This document shows positions 8,755-16,361 of a stretch of DNA of 22,803 nucleotides, piece by piece. The notes beneath the pieces were generated by a model, which saw only the letters and a program-made list of their open reading frames with translations, did no database searches and had not been told where the DNA came from. The position numbers were made by a program, and so were the translations under genes. How positions within the stretch are numbered: the stretch's first letter is position 1; each line of letters begins with the position of its first letter. Source of the DNA: Myxococcota bacterium (GTDB taxonomy: Bacteria; Myxococcota_A; UBA9160; UBA4427); assembly GCA_036336835.1 (NCBI GenBank), contig JAYZFK010000090.1, positions 1 to 22,803 on the forward strand. Direction: 5' to 3'.

Positions 8755-8810
8755 ACGCCTCGCGGCCCTTCCCGGGGCAGTCTCGCTTCACGCCGATGCC
8801 GGCTTCGGGG

Positions 8811-8816
8811 TAGGGT
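8811..8816 (+). promoter_or_regulatory. Putative -10 box (TAGGGT) for the BaiE-like/KSTD-like unit
   Basis: TANNNT with TTCACG 18 nt upstream (8787-8792), followed by a strong SD GGAGGAG at 8841-8847. Confidence 0.35.
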
Positions 8817-8850
8817 GTGGCGCGCGTCCAGGACGCACGGGGAGGAGCCC

Positions 8851-9333
8851 ATGTCCCGGCTCGAAGAACTCGACCACATCAAGCAGCTCAAGTACAAGTA
8901 CCTGCGCTGCATCGACTGCAAGCTCTGGCAGGAGCTGCGCGAGGTCTTTGCGGAGGACGTCGACGCCGCCTATGACAAAGGACGCTACTCGGCGAGCGGC
9001 GTGGATGCCGTGATGGAATTTCTCACGGGCGCGCTGCGGCGCACGGATGTCGCGAGCATGCACCAGGTCCACTGCCCCGAGATCGAGCTCACGAGCCCGA
9101 CCACCGCCAAGGCCACCTGGTATCTGCACGACTACGTGGTGAACCCGGGCGAGGACAACGGCGCGATGCCGGGTCGCTCGATCCTGCAGGGCGCGGGCTT
9201 CTACTCCGACGAGTACGTCAAGATCGACGGCCGGTGGAAGATCCAGCACACCGGCTACGAGCGTACCTTCGAGTACATTCGACCCTATGTGGAAGAGCCC
9301 GGAGTGACGCTGCGCACCCGGTGGAACCCCTGA
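8851..9333 (+). CDS. NTF2/SnoaL_4 family protein, bile-acid 7alpha-dehydratase (BaiE)-like, 160 aa
   Basis: SD GGAGGAG then ATG 8851. IKQLKYKYLRCIDCKLW, SMHQVHCPEI, WYLHD, GAGFYSDEYVKIDGRW and TGYER match the BaiE motif series. Confidence 0.9.
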   Translation: MSRLEELDHIKQLKYKYLRCIDCKLWQELREVFAEDVDAAYDKGRYSASGVDAVMEFLTGALRRTDVASMHQVHCPEIELTSPTTAKATWYLHDYVVNPGEDNGAMPGRSILQGAGFYSDEYVKIDGRWKIQHTGYERTFEYIRPYVEEPGVTLRTRWNP

Positions 9334-9352
9334 GCCGCGGAGGCCTGTACCT

Positions 9353-11023
9353 GTGAAATTCGGTTTCGGACGGCGGCAACGTTGGGATCTCGAGGTGGAC
9401 GTGCTCTCGCTGGGCTCGGGGCTCGGCGGCATCACGGCGGCGATCGTGGCTCACGACCTCGGCCGCGAGGCGGCGGTGCTCGACAAGAGCCCGAAGCTGG
9501 GCGGCGTGTGCGCCTACAGCGGCGGCGAGACGTTCAACCCCAACAACCGCCAGATGCGCGCCGCCGGGATCGAGGATTCGGAGGAGGACGCGCGCGCGTA
9601 CTTCGACTTCATCGGAGCGGGCTTCAACGAACCCGAGCTCACCGATCGCCTGATGGCGTCGCGCCACGAGGCGCTCGACTACCTGACCGACAACACCGGC
9701 ATCGACTGGGTGTCGTGCGCGAACCTGGCCGACTACTACTACCCGGGCGCCCCCGGCTCTCACTCCGGCGGTCGCTACCTGGTGATGAAGCTGTTCTCCG
9801 GGGCCGAGCTCGGCGAGTGGCAGACGAAGACGCACATCTCTCCGCACCATCCGCAGGGCCTCCTCCACGAGGACCTCGAGCGCTTCGGCGGTCTCGCCAC
9901 GGTGAAGGACTGGGACTACGAGATGATCGCCGAGCGCATCGAGAACGATCAGCGCTCCTTCGGACCCGCGATGATGGGCTACCTGATCAAGGCCGCTGTG
10001 GTCGATCGCCAGATTCCGGCCTACGTCGAGACGCCCGCGCGCGAGCTCCTCACCGACGACGACGGCGCGGTGATCGGTGTGCGCGCCGAGCGCGAGGGCC
10101 GCGATTTCTTCGTGCGCGCGCGCCAGGGCGTGGTGATGGGCATCGGCGGCTACGACCACAACGTCGCCATGGCCACCCAGTTCGAGAACACCCACGAGTG
10201 GGGGAGCGCGTGCCCGCCGGGCGTGGACGGGGACAACATCGTGCTGGGCGGCGAGATCGGCGCCGCCGTCGCCAACGTGCCGCCGACGAACCTGGCCATG
10301 TTCTTCGGCTACAACATCCCGGGCGAGGAGCACTTCGGGAAGCCGCTCTACCGCACCGCCTTCGAGTCCGGCATCCCGCACTCGATCGTCGTCAATCGCG
10401 ACGGCGAGCGCTTCTGCGATGAGTCCTTCTACAAGGATACGAACCCGCGGCAGCGGCTGTGGGACGGACACAAGCAGGAGTACAAGAACCTGCCCGCGTT
10501 CATGATCTTCGACACCAACTACCGCGAGCGCTACCCGGTCGGAAGCTTCATGCCCGGCCAGCCAATGCCCGAGGGCTTCGTGGAGCAGGCCGACTCGCCG
10601 CGCGAGCTCGCCGCGAAGCTGGGCGTCGACCCCGAGGGCTTCGAGCGCACCCTGCAGCACTTCAACGCGAACGCGGAGAAGGGCGAGGACCCCGACTTCG
10701 GGCGCGGCCAGTACCTGTGGGCCCGGCGGCTCGCAGGCGACCCGAGCTACCCGAACCCCAACCTGGCGCCCGTGAGCCGGGCGCCCTTCTACGGGCTACG
10801 GCTCACGCCGATCGGGGTCGGCATCAACTCCCACGGCCTGCGCTTCGACCGCGATGCGCGCGCGGTGCACGTGCGCGGGCACGCCATTCCGGGCTTCTAC
10901 GTGGTGGGCAACTCGGCGGCGCTGCTCGACATCGGCGGCGGCTATCAGAGCGGTATGTCGAACCTGCGGGCCATCACCTGGGGCTATCTCGCGGGCAAGC
11001 ACGCGGCCGGGCGCGCGCGCTAG
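9353..11023 (+). CDS. FAD-dependent oxidoreductase, 3-ketosteroid dehydrogenase (KstD/TesI, FAD_binding_2) family, 556 aa
   Basis: GGAGG at 9339-9343, then GTG 9353. Motifs: GSGLGG dinucleotide fold, KSPKLGGVCAYSGG..PNN, DYY..APG, VVNRDGERFCDES, GEDPDFGRG, PNPNLAP..APFY, IPGFYVVGNS. Confidence 0.88.
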   Translation: MKFGFGRRQRWDLEVDVLSLGSGLGGITAAIVAHDLGREAAVLDKSPKLGGVCAYSGGETFNPNNRQMRAAGIEDSEEDARAYFDFIGAGFNEPELTDRLMASRHEALDYLTDNTGIDWVSCANLADYYYPGAPGSHSGGRYLVMKLFSGAELGEWQTKTHISPHHPQGLLHEDLERFGGLATVKDWDYEMIAERIENDQRSFGPAMMGYLIKAAVVDRQIPAYVETPARELLTDDDGAVIGVRAEREGRDFFVRARQGVVMGIGGYDHNVAMATQFENTHEWGSACPPGVDGDNIVLGGEIGAAVANVPPTNLAMFFGYNIPGEEHFGKPLYRTAFESGIPHSIVVNRDGERFCDESFYKDTNPRQRLWDGHKQEYKNLPAFMIFDTNYRERYPVGSFMPGQPMPEGFVEQADSPRELAAKLGVDPEGFERTLQHFNANAEKGEDPDFGRGQYLWARRLAGDPSYPNPNLAPVSRAPFYGLRLTPIGVGINSHGLRFDRDARAVHVRGHAIPGFYVVGNSAALLDIGGGYQSGMSNLRAITWGYLAGKHAAGRAR

Positions 11024-11050
11024 CGCCCCGGCCGGGTCGCGCGCTGCCGG

Positions 11051-11833
11051 CTACTGCATCCACTGGCCCGCGTTGGCGTCGAGCATCAGCCCGGTCACCG
11101 GGCTCGAGAGCTCGGAGGCGAGGAACAGCGCCACGCGCGCGATCTCCTGCGCATCCGGCAGATAGCCGAGCGCGGTGCCCTGCTCGTAGCGCGTGCGCAT
11201 GTCTTCGAGCGAGACGCCCTCGGCCTCGCCGAAGCGGCGCAGCACGGCCTCCGCCGTGGGACCCCAGATCCAGCCGGGCAGCAGCGCGTTGACGCGGATG
11301 CCGTCGGGGCCGAGCTCGCGCGCGAGCGTCCGGGTGACCGAGTTGAGCGCCGCCTTCGACGACGCGTAGGCTCCGGCGCCGGGCTGGATGTCGCGCGAGC
11401 CGATGGTGCTGACCATGATGATGCGCGCGGCGCCGCTCTTGCGCAGCGCGGGGATCGCGGCCTGCGTCATCGTCAGCGCTCCGAGGAAGTTCACCTCCAT
11501 GGCGGTGCGCCAGTCTTCGAGGTTCGCATCCGCAAGCGGCCCCTCGCCGGGCGGCCACACGGCGTTGTTGACCAGGATGTCGACGCCGCCGAGCTCGGCC
11601 TCGGCGCGCGCCACCAGCGCTTCGCAGGCGGCGGCATTCGTGATGTCCGTCGACTGCCAGACGCACTTGCGGCCCATGCCCTCGATCTCGCCGGCCAGCG
11701 AGCGGATCGTGTCCTCGCTGCGGGCGCCGAGCACGAGGTGGGCGCCCTCGGCGGCGAAGACCCGCGCCAGTCCGGTACCGAGGTCCGGCCCCACGCCCGC
11801 CAGTACGGCCACCCGATCGTCCAGGAGTCCCAT
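11051..11833 (-). CDS. Short-chain dehydrogenase/reductase, 260 aa
   Basis: AGVGPDLG cofactor loop, DILVNNA, YASSK, GIRVNALLPG and VTGLMLDANAG. SD AGGGAGG upstream. Confidence 0.93.
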   Translation of the reverse strand: MGLLDDRVAVLAGVGPDLGTGLARVFAAEGAHLVLGARSEDTIRSLAGEIEGMGRKCVWQSTDITNAAACEALVARAEAELGGVDILVNNAVWPPGEGPLADANLEDWRTAMEVNFLGALTMTQAAIPALRKSGAARIIMVSTIGSRDIQPGAGAYASSKAALNSVTRTLARELGPDGIRVNALLPGWIWGPTAEAVLRRFGEAEGVSLEDMRTRYEQGTALGYLPDAQEIARVALFLASELSSPVTGLMLDANAGQWMQ

Positions 11834-11890
11834 TCTATTATTCCCTCCCTATCTTGTTCCGGCGCGGCGCAAGTCCTCGCGCGCAGTGCG

Positions 11891-12247
11891 CTAGTCGTCC
11901 GATCCGGGGACGATGTTCCCCGAGTACACACCGAGGTCCGCAATGCGGCCCTGGGCGTCGAGCCGGAACACATCGACCACCCGCTGGCGGCCCGGCGTCA
12001 CCTTCGATTCGGCCTCGACCTCGAGCCAGGCGACGTCGTCCTGCTCGAGCAGCTCGACGCTTTGCAGTCGAGCGGCGTTGCCGAAGGCGATCTCGACGAA
12101 GAAGTCGCGGATGGCGCCGACATCGGCGTAGACCCCGCTCGGGTGGCGCAGCACCGCGCCCGGAGCGAACAGCGACATCATCGCCTCGATGTCGCCCGCG
12201 TTCATCGCCTCGACGTAGCGCTGCGCGATGCCGGCGGCGCGCGACAC
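11891..12247 (-). CDS. NTF2/SnoaL-like domain protein, 118 aa
   Basis: RYVEAMNAGDIEAMMSLFAPGAV..HP, AIRDFF and VDVFRLDAQGRI. GTG start abuts the upstream stop. Confidence 0.85.
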   Translation of the reverse strand: MSRAAGIAQRYVEAMNAGDIEAMMSLFAPGAVLRHPSGVYADVGAIRDFFVEIAFGNAARLQSVELLEQDDVAWLEVEAESKVTPGRQRVVDVFRLDAQGRIADLGVYSGNIVPGSDD

Positions 12248-13051
12248 TCAGCGCAGCCTCGTGATCGCGGTGCCCATCGGCGCCTCCGGGTACATGTCGA
12301 TGGTGTCGATCACGACCCCGGGCGGGCGCTCGACTGCGAACAGGATCGCCCGCGCCACCTCCTCGGCCGGCATCAGGCTGCCGTAGTGGCGCGCATCGCG
12401 CAGGCCGAAGCGCCGGAAGTACTCCGTGCGGCGCTCGAGCACCTCGGGCGAGAGATCCCACTCGGCTGCGAACTCGCTGACCGTGGGGCCCAGGCGCAGG
12501 CGGGTCACGCGCACGCCGGTGCCCTCGAGCTCGCGAGCGAGGCTCGTGCACAGCACCTCGAGGGCTCCCTTGGTCGCGCTGTAGGTCGCCTGGCCGGGGC
12601 GCGGGTTCGTAGCGGCGTCGCTGCCCATGAAGACGACGTCGCCGCGCATCTCGTGTTCGACGAGCGCGGCAACCCCGCGCCGGGTCACGAAGAGCAGGCC
12701 GAGCAGATTGGTCTCGACCTCGCTGCGGATGTCGGCGGCCGCGCGCTCGTGCAGCAGTCCCGGCTTCGACAGGCCGGCGTTGTTCACGATCACGTCGGCG
12801 ACGCCGATGGCGGCCTCGCTCGCCTCGAAGAAGCGCTCGACCGAGTCCTCGTCGCCGACGTCGAGTGGGCCGGCGTACACCTCTGCTCCCGCCTCGCGCG
12901 CGCGGCGCGCGACGTCGTCGAGGCGATCCTGGCGCCGCGCACCCAGCGCGAGCTGCCAGCCCTCGCTGGCGCACGCGAGGGCCACGGCCTCGCCCAGGCC
13001 GGCCGAGGCCCCGGTGATCAGCGCGCGGCGCGGTGCGCGCTCTGCGCTCAT
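12248..13051 (-). CDS. Short-chain dehydrogenase/reductase, 267 aa
   Basis: ATG 13051 overlaps the upstream TGA (ATGA). Motifs: TGASAGLG, VNNAG, YSATK. Confidence 0.93.
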   Translation of the reverse strand: MSAERAPRRALITGASAGLGEAVALACASEGWQLALGARRQDRLDDVARRAREAGAEVYAGPLDVGDEDSVERFFEASEAAIGVADVIVNNAGLSKPGLLHERAAADIRSEVETNLLGLLFVTRRGVAALVEHEMRGDVVFMGSDAATNPRPGQATYSATKGALEVLCTSLARELEGTGVRVTRLRLGPTVSEFAAEWDLSPEVLERRTEYFRRFGLRDARHYGSLMPAEEVARAILFAVERPPGVVIDTIDMYPEAPMGTAITRLR

Positions 13052-14034
13052 GCCGAGTACGCCAGTGCGAGCCCCGGGCGGGGCCACGCGTAGCGGTAGA
13101 GCTTGCCTTCGAGCGATTCGGTGACGAAGGCGTCGCGTAGCTCGGGGCCTCCCCAGCAGACGTTGGTCGCCGCGGGTCCCGGCACCTCGACGTAGGAGAC
13201 CTCGCCGTCAGGGCGCACGACGCACAGGCCCTGCTCGATCGCTGCGACCACCAGCGTTCCGTCGGCCTCGACGCCGAGCGAATCGAAACGTCCCAGCATG
13301 TTGACCAGACACTTTGCGCCGCGGGGGTCGGCGCGGCCGGGCGCCGTCAGCGGATAGGACCACAGGCGCCCGGTGGGTGTCTCCGCCACGTAGAGCGTGT
13401 CCTCGCCGGGCGAGAGTCCGATCCCGTTGGGCGCGTGCAGCGGGAAGAGGGCGCGCTCGATGCGCGAGCCGTCGGGTCTCGCGTAGTAGACCCCGCAGCG
13501 ATCTTCGTCGAAGGCGCGGCGCTTGCCGTGATCGGTGAACCACAGGCCTCCCTGGCTGTCGAACACCAGGTCGTTGGGCCCGCACAGTCGCTGGCCGTCG
13601 CACTGCGTATACAGCGTGGTGATCTCGCCGGTCGCGAGATCGACGCGGTCGATCGAGCCCGTCACGTAGGCGTCGGGCTGAGTCGCGCCGGTTGCTAGGT
13701 CCGCGGGAATGAAGTAGTCGCCGCGCTGCGCCCAGACGAAGCCGCCGTTGTTGGCGATGTAGCAGGCGCCGTCGGGTCCGATTGCGGCGCCGTTGGGGCC
13801 GGCCCGGTCCGGTCCCGCCCAGCGCGCCACGGTCTCCCGGGTGCCGTCGCGCCGAATGCGCGTCAGCCGTGCCCCGCGGATCTCGACCACCAGGATCGAG
13901 CCGTCCTCGAGCCAGACGGGTCCTTCGGGAAACTCGAGATCGTCGGCCACCACCTCGGCGGCGACGGGCTCGGCGGCGACCGGATCGGCGACGACGGGGG
14001 TGGCAACCACTGGACGGGGAAGCGGCTCGGGCAC
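13048..14034 (-). CDS. SMP-30/gluconolactonase/LRE family beta-propeller, 328 aa
   Basis: FPEGP, GPNG, PNDLVFD..GGLWFTD, PNGIGLSP, FDSL, TNVCWGG. GTG 14034 is supported by TAGAAT 6 nt upstream. Confidence 0.92.
   Translation of the reverse strand: MPEPLPRPVVATPVVADPVAAEPVAAEVVADDLEFPEGPVWLEDGSILVVEIRGARLTRIRRDGTRETVARWAGPDRAGPNGAAIGPDGACYIANNGGFVWAQRGDYFIPADLATGATQPDAYVTGSIDRVDLATGEITTLYTQCDGQRLCGPNDLVFDSQGGLWFTDHGKRRAFDEDRCGVYYARPDGSRIERALFPLHAPNGIGLSPGEDTLYVAETPTGRLWSYPLTAPGRADPRGAKCLVNMLGRFDSLGVEADGTLVVAAIEQGLCVVRPDGEVSYVEVPGPAATNVCWGGPELRDAFVTESLEGKLYRYAWPRPGLALAYSA
13954..14013 (-). repeat. Four imperfect 15-nt tandem repeats encoding PVVAT-PVVAD-PVAAE-PVAAE
   Basis: Minus strand: ccagtggttgccacc cccgtcgtcgccgat ccggtcgccgccgag cccgtcgccgccgag. 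Confidence 0.75.
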
Positions 14035-14040
14035 GCGCCG

Positions 14041-14046
14041 ATTCTA
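14041..14046 (-). promoter_or_regulatory. Putative -10 box (TAGAAT), leaderless promoter of the lactonase-SDR-SnoaL(-SDR) unit
   Basis: Near-consensus -10 exactly 6 nt upstream of GTG 14034, with no SD. Confidence 0.6.
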
Positions 14047-14097
14047 TCCGCTGCGGACCGCGCCGGGGTCCGGTTTGCCCTGGCCGCACGGCGGCGC

Positions 14098-14106
14098 TGG
14101 TATGAT
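14098..14106 (+). promoter_or_regulatory. Putative extended -10 promoter (TGgTATGAT)
   Basis: TGn followed by TATGAT at 14101-14106, upstream of the small ORF and CoA ligase. Confidence 0.55.
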
Positions 14107-14129
14107 CGCGCGACGACGAGGAGCGGCGC

Positions 14130-14195
14130 TTGGTCGAGTTTCCCCGCAACACGCCCGACACCGGGGACGCGCTGCTTCGGCTGCGCGAGGCCTGA
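14130..14195 (+). CDS. Putative 21-aa small ORF or leader peptide (MVEFPRNTPDTGDALLRLREA)
   Basis: SD GAGGAG (14118-14123) 6 nt before TTG 14130. 19/21 codons end in G/C. TGA at 14193-14195 lies in frame one codon before the ligase GTG. Confidence 0.4.
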   Translation: MVEFPRNTPDTGDALLRLREA

Positions 14196-14198
14196 GCG

Positions 14199-15716
14199 GT
14201 GGATCTCGCCGAGCGAATCCGCTGCGTGCTGGCGCTCGATCCCGCGGCGCCGGCCGTGGAGTTCGAGGACCGCTGGTCCAGCTGGGGCGAGCTCGCCGAG
14301 CTGATGCAGACGATCGACGCAGCGCTCTCGGCCGCCGGCCTGGGCGAGGACGCCGCGATCGGGGTGATGCTGCGCAACCGTCCGTCGCTGCTCGGCGCCA
14401 TGCTGTCGGTGATCGTCTCGCGTCGCTGCGTGCTCACGATCAACGCCATCCAGGGGGAGGGCGGGCTCGCCCGGGAGATCGCTGCGCTCGAGCCCGCTGC
14501 GCTGGTGGGGCATGCCGACGACTGGGCCGTCGCCGGGGTGCGCGAGGGGGCCGAGCAGGTGGGCTGCGTCGGCATCGAGGTGGGCGACGCTCCGGCGCTG
14601 CGCGCGCGCGTCCTGCCGGGGCTCGAGTCCACGGGCGCGGGGCCGCACCACGAGCCGCTGCCCGGTGTCGCCGTTCAGATGTTGACCAGCGGGACGACCG
14701 GGCCGCCCAAGCGCATCGCGCTCCGGCTGCGCGCGCTCGAGCGCTCGCTGGCGTCGGCTGCCCGCTACGAATCGAGCGGCAAGCCAGACGAGCGCGACGT
14801 GCCCCGGCTGCGTTCGGGCGTGGTGCTGCTGCCGAGCCCGCTGGTCCACGTCGGGGGGATCTTCCGCGCCGGCGGCGCGGTGTACAGCGGGCGTCGCATC
14901 TCGATCATGGAGCGCTTCGAGGTCGATCAGTGGCACCAGCTCGTGCTGCGCCACCAGCCGAAGGCGGCGAGCCTGGTGCCGGCGGCGCTCAAGATGGTGC
15001 TCGACGCCGAGCTTCCGCCCGACGATCTGGCGAGCTTGCGCATCGTCAGCGCCGGCACGGCACCGCTCGATCCCGATCTCGGCGATCGCTTCGAGCAGCG
15101 CTATGGCGTGCCCGTGCTCACCACCTACGGTGCCACCGAGTTCGCCGGAGGCGTCGCGGGCTGGACGCTGCGCGATCACCGGGAGTTTGCCGCGGCCAAG
15201 CGCGGCAGCGTGGGCCGCGCCAACGCGGGCGTCGAGCTGCAGGTGGTCGATCCCGAGAGCGGCGCCGCCGTTCCGGCCGACGAGACCGGGCTGCTCGAAG
15301 TGAAGACGACGCAGCACAGCGCGAGCCCGGACTGGGTGCGCACCACCGATCTCGCGCGGCTCGATGCCGAGGGCTTTCTCTGGATCGTGGGCCGCGCCGA
15401 CGGCGCGATCAACCGCGGCGGCTTCAAGCTCCTGCCCGCGCAGGTGGAAAACGTCCTCGCGCAGCACCCGTCGGTCGCCGAGATCGCGGTGGTGGGCATC
15501 CCCGACGAGCGGCTGGGCGAGATCCCGGTGGCCGCCGTCGTGCTCCGGCCCGGCGCGCCCGCAATCGACGCCGCCGCGCTCGAGCGCTTCGCGAGCGAGC
15601 ACCTGACGGGCTACCAGCGACCCGCGCGCTACCGCATCGTGGACGCGCTCCCCCGCACGCCCTCGATGAAGGTGTGCCAGCCCGACGTGCGGCGTCTGTT
15701 CGACCCGCCGCGCTGA
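14199..15716 (+). CDS. Class I adenylate-forming enzyme / acyl-CoA synthetase, 505 aa
   Basis: LTSGTTGPPKR, YGATEF, TTDLAR, GRADGAINRGGFK and LPRTPSMK. GAGG lies 8 nt upstream of the GTG. Confidence 0.93.
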   Translation: MDLAERIRCVLALDPAAPAVEFEDRWSSWGELAELMQTIDAALSAAGLGEDAAIGVMLRNRPSLLGAMLSVIVSRRCVLTINAIQGEGGLAREIAALEPAALVGHADDWAVAGVREGAEQVGCVGIEVGDAPALRARVLPGLESTGAGPHHEPLPGVAVQMLTSGTTGPPKRIALRLRALERSLASAARYESSGKPDERDVPRLRSGVVLLPSPLVHVGGIFRAGGAVYSGRRISIMERFEVDQWHQLVLRHQPKAASLVPAALKMVLDAELPPDDLASLRIVSAGTAPLDPDLGDRFEQRYGVPVLTTYGATEFAGGVAGWTLRDHREFAAAKRGSVGRANAGVELQVVDPESGAAVPADETGLLEVKTTQHSASPDWVRTTDLARLDAEGFLWIVGRADGAINRGGFKLLPAQVENVLAQHPSVAEIAVVGIPDERLGEIPVAAVVLRPGAPAIDAAALERFASEHLTGYQRPARYRIVDALPRTPSMKVCQPDVRRLFDPPR

Positions 15717-15728
15717 GCCCGGAGCGCG

Positions 15729-16337
15729 TCAGTCGACGCGTTCGACCGGCACCTCGTTGCGCAGCACCATGCCGGCGGGCCCCTCGAAGCCGCCCTGCAC
15801 CCACCACTCGACCCCGTCCTTCTGCACCTGGGCGGGGTCGACGTTCTGTGTCTCGTAGATCGCCAGGTACTTGGCGGGCGTTCGCGAGGGGTCGTCGGAG
15901 ACGTAACGCGTCGCCGCGTAGAAGTCGATCGCCTCCACCGTGTGGTGCAGATGGCCGGAGTACCACTCGTTGAACTCGTCCTCTGCGGCCGGGTCGTCGC
16001 AGTCGGTGAACACCAGCACGACACCGGCGGTCCGTCCGTCCGACAACGGCCCGAACTCGGCAATCTTGGTGTAGCTCGCGGTGGCCTCGCCCCCGCCAAT
16101 GCGCGCGGCCGCCGCCGCCACGTCGTCCGCGGCGGTCTCGTAGATCGCGACGTGGCTGGCGCCGCCGAGGTCGTAGCCCGACGCGACGCGGAACCCGATG
16201 CCGTGGTCCGCTGCTCCGTTCTCGACGGCGGCGGGCACCGGCTGGGCGCGCCACGTCTCCTCCCAGGCGCTTGCCTGCGAGGCGTCTGCATTGGTGACGT
16301 GGGTGACGATGACGCCGGTGTGCTTGCGACCTTCCAT
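15729..16337 (-). CDS. Hypothetical protein with two EthD/Dabb-like (dimeric alpha-beta barrel) repeats, 202 aa
   Basis: AAGGA SD. C-domain DPAAEDEFNEWYSGHL...ATRY...YLAIYET; a degenerate N-domain copy ends in HVAIYET. Confidence 0.7.
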   Translation of the reverse strand: MEGRKHTGVIVTHVTNADASQASAWEETWRAQPVPAAVENGAADHGIGFRVASGYDLGGASHVAIYETAADDVAAAAARIGGGEATASYTKIAEFGPLSDGRTAGVVLVFTDCDDPAAEDEFNEWYSGHLHHTVEAIDFYAATRYVSDDPSRTPAKYLAIYETQNVDPAQVQKDGVEWWVQGGFEGPAGMVLRNEVPVERVD

Positions 16338-16361
16338 TTCGGGGTGTCCTTTGCTGTGGGC

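Noticed and set aside
11891..12247. Ketosteroid isomerase (ksi) call
   Set aside because: The Tyr/Asn N-terminal pattern fits, but the catalytic Asp of EDPVG is replaced (RHPSG), so it is left as generic SnoaL/NTF2.
14193..14195. Selenocysteine or programmed readthrough at the in-frame TGA before the CoA ligase
   Set aside because: The position is not a catalytic Cys site, I recognise no SECIS, and the ligase has its own GAGG and a plausible N-terminus at 14199.
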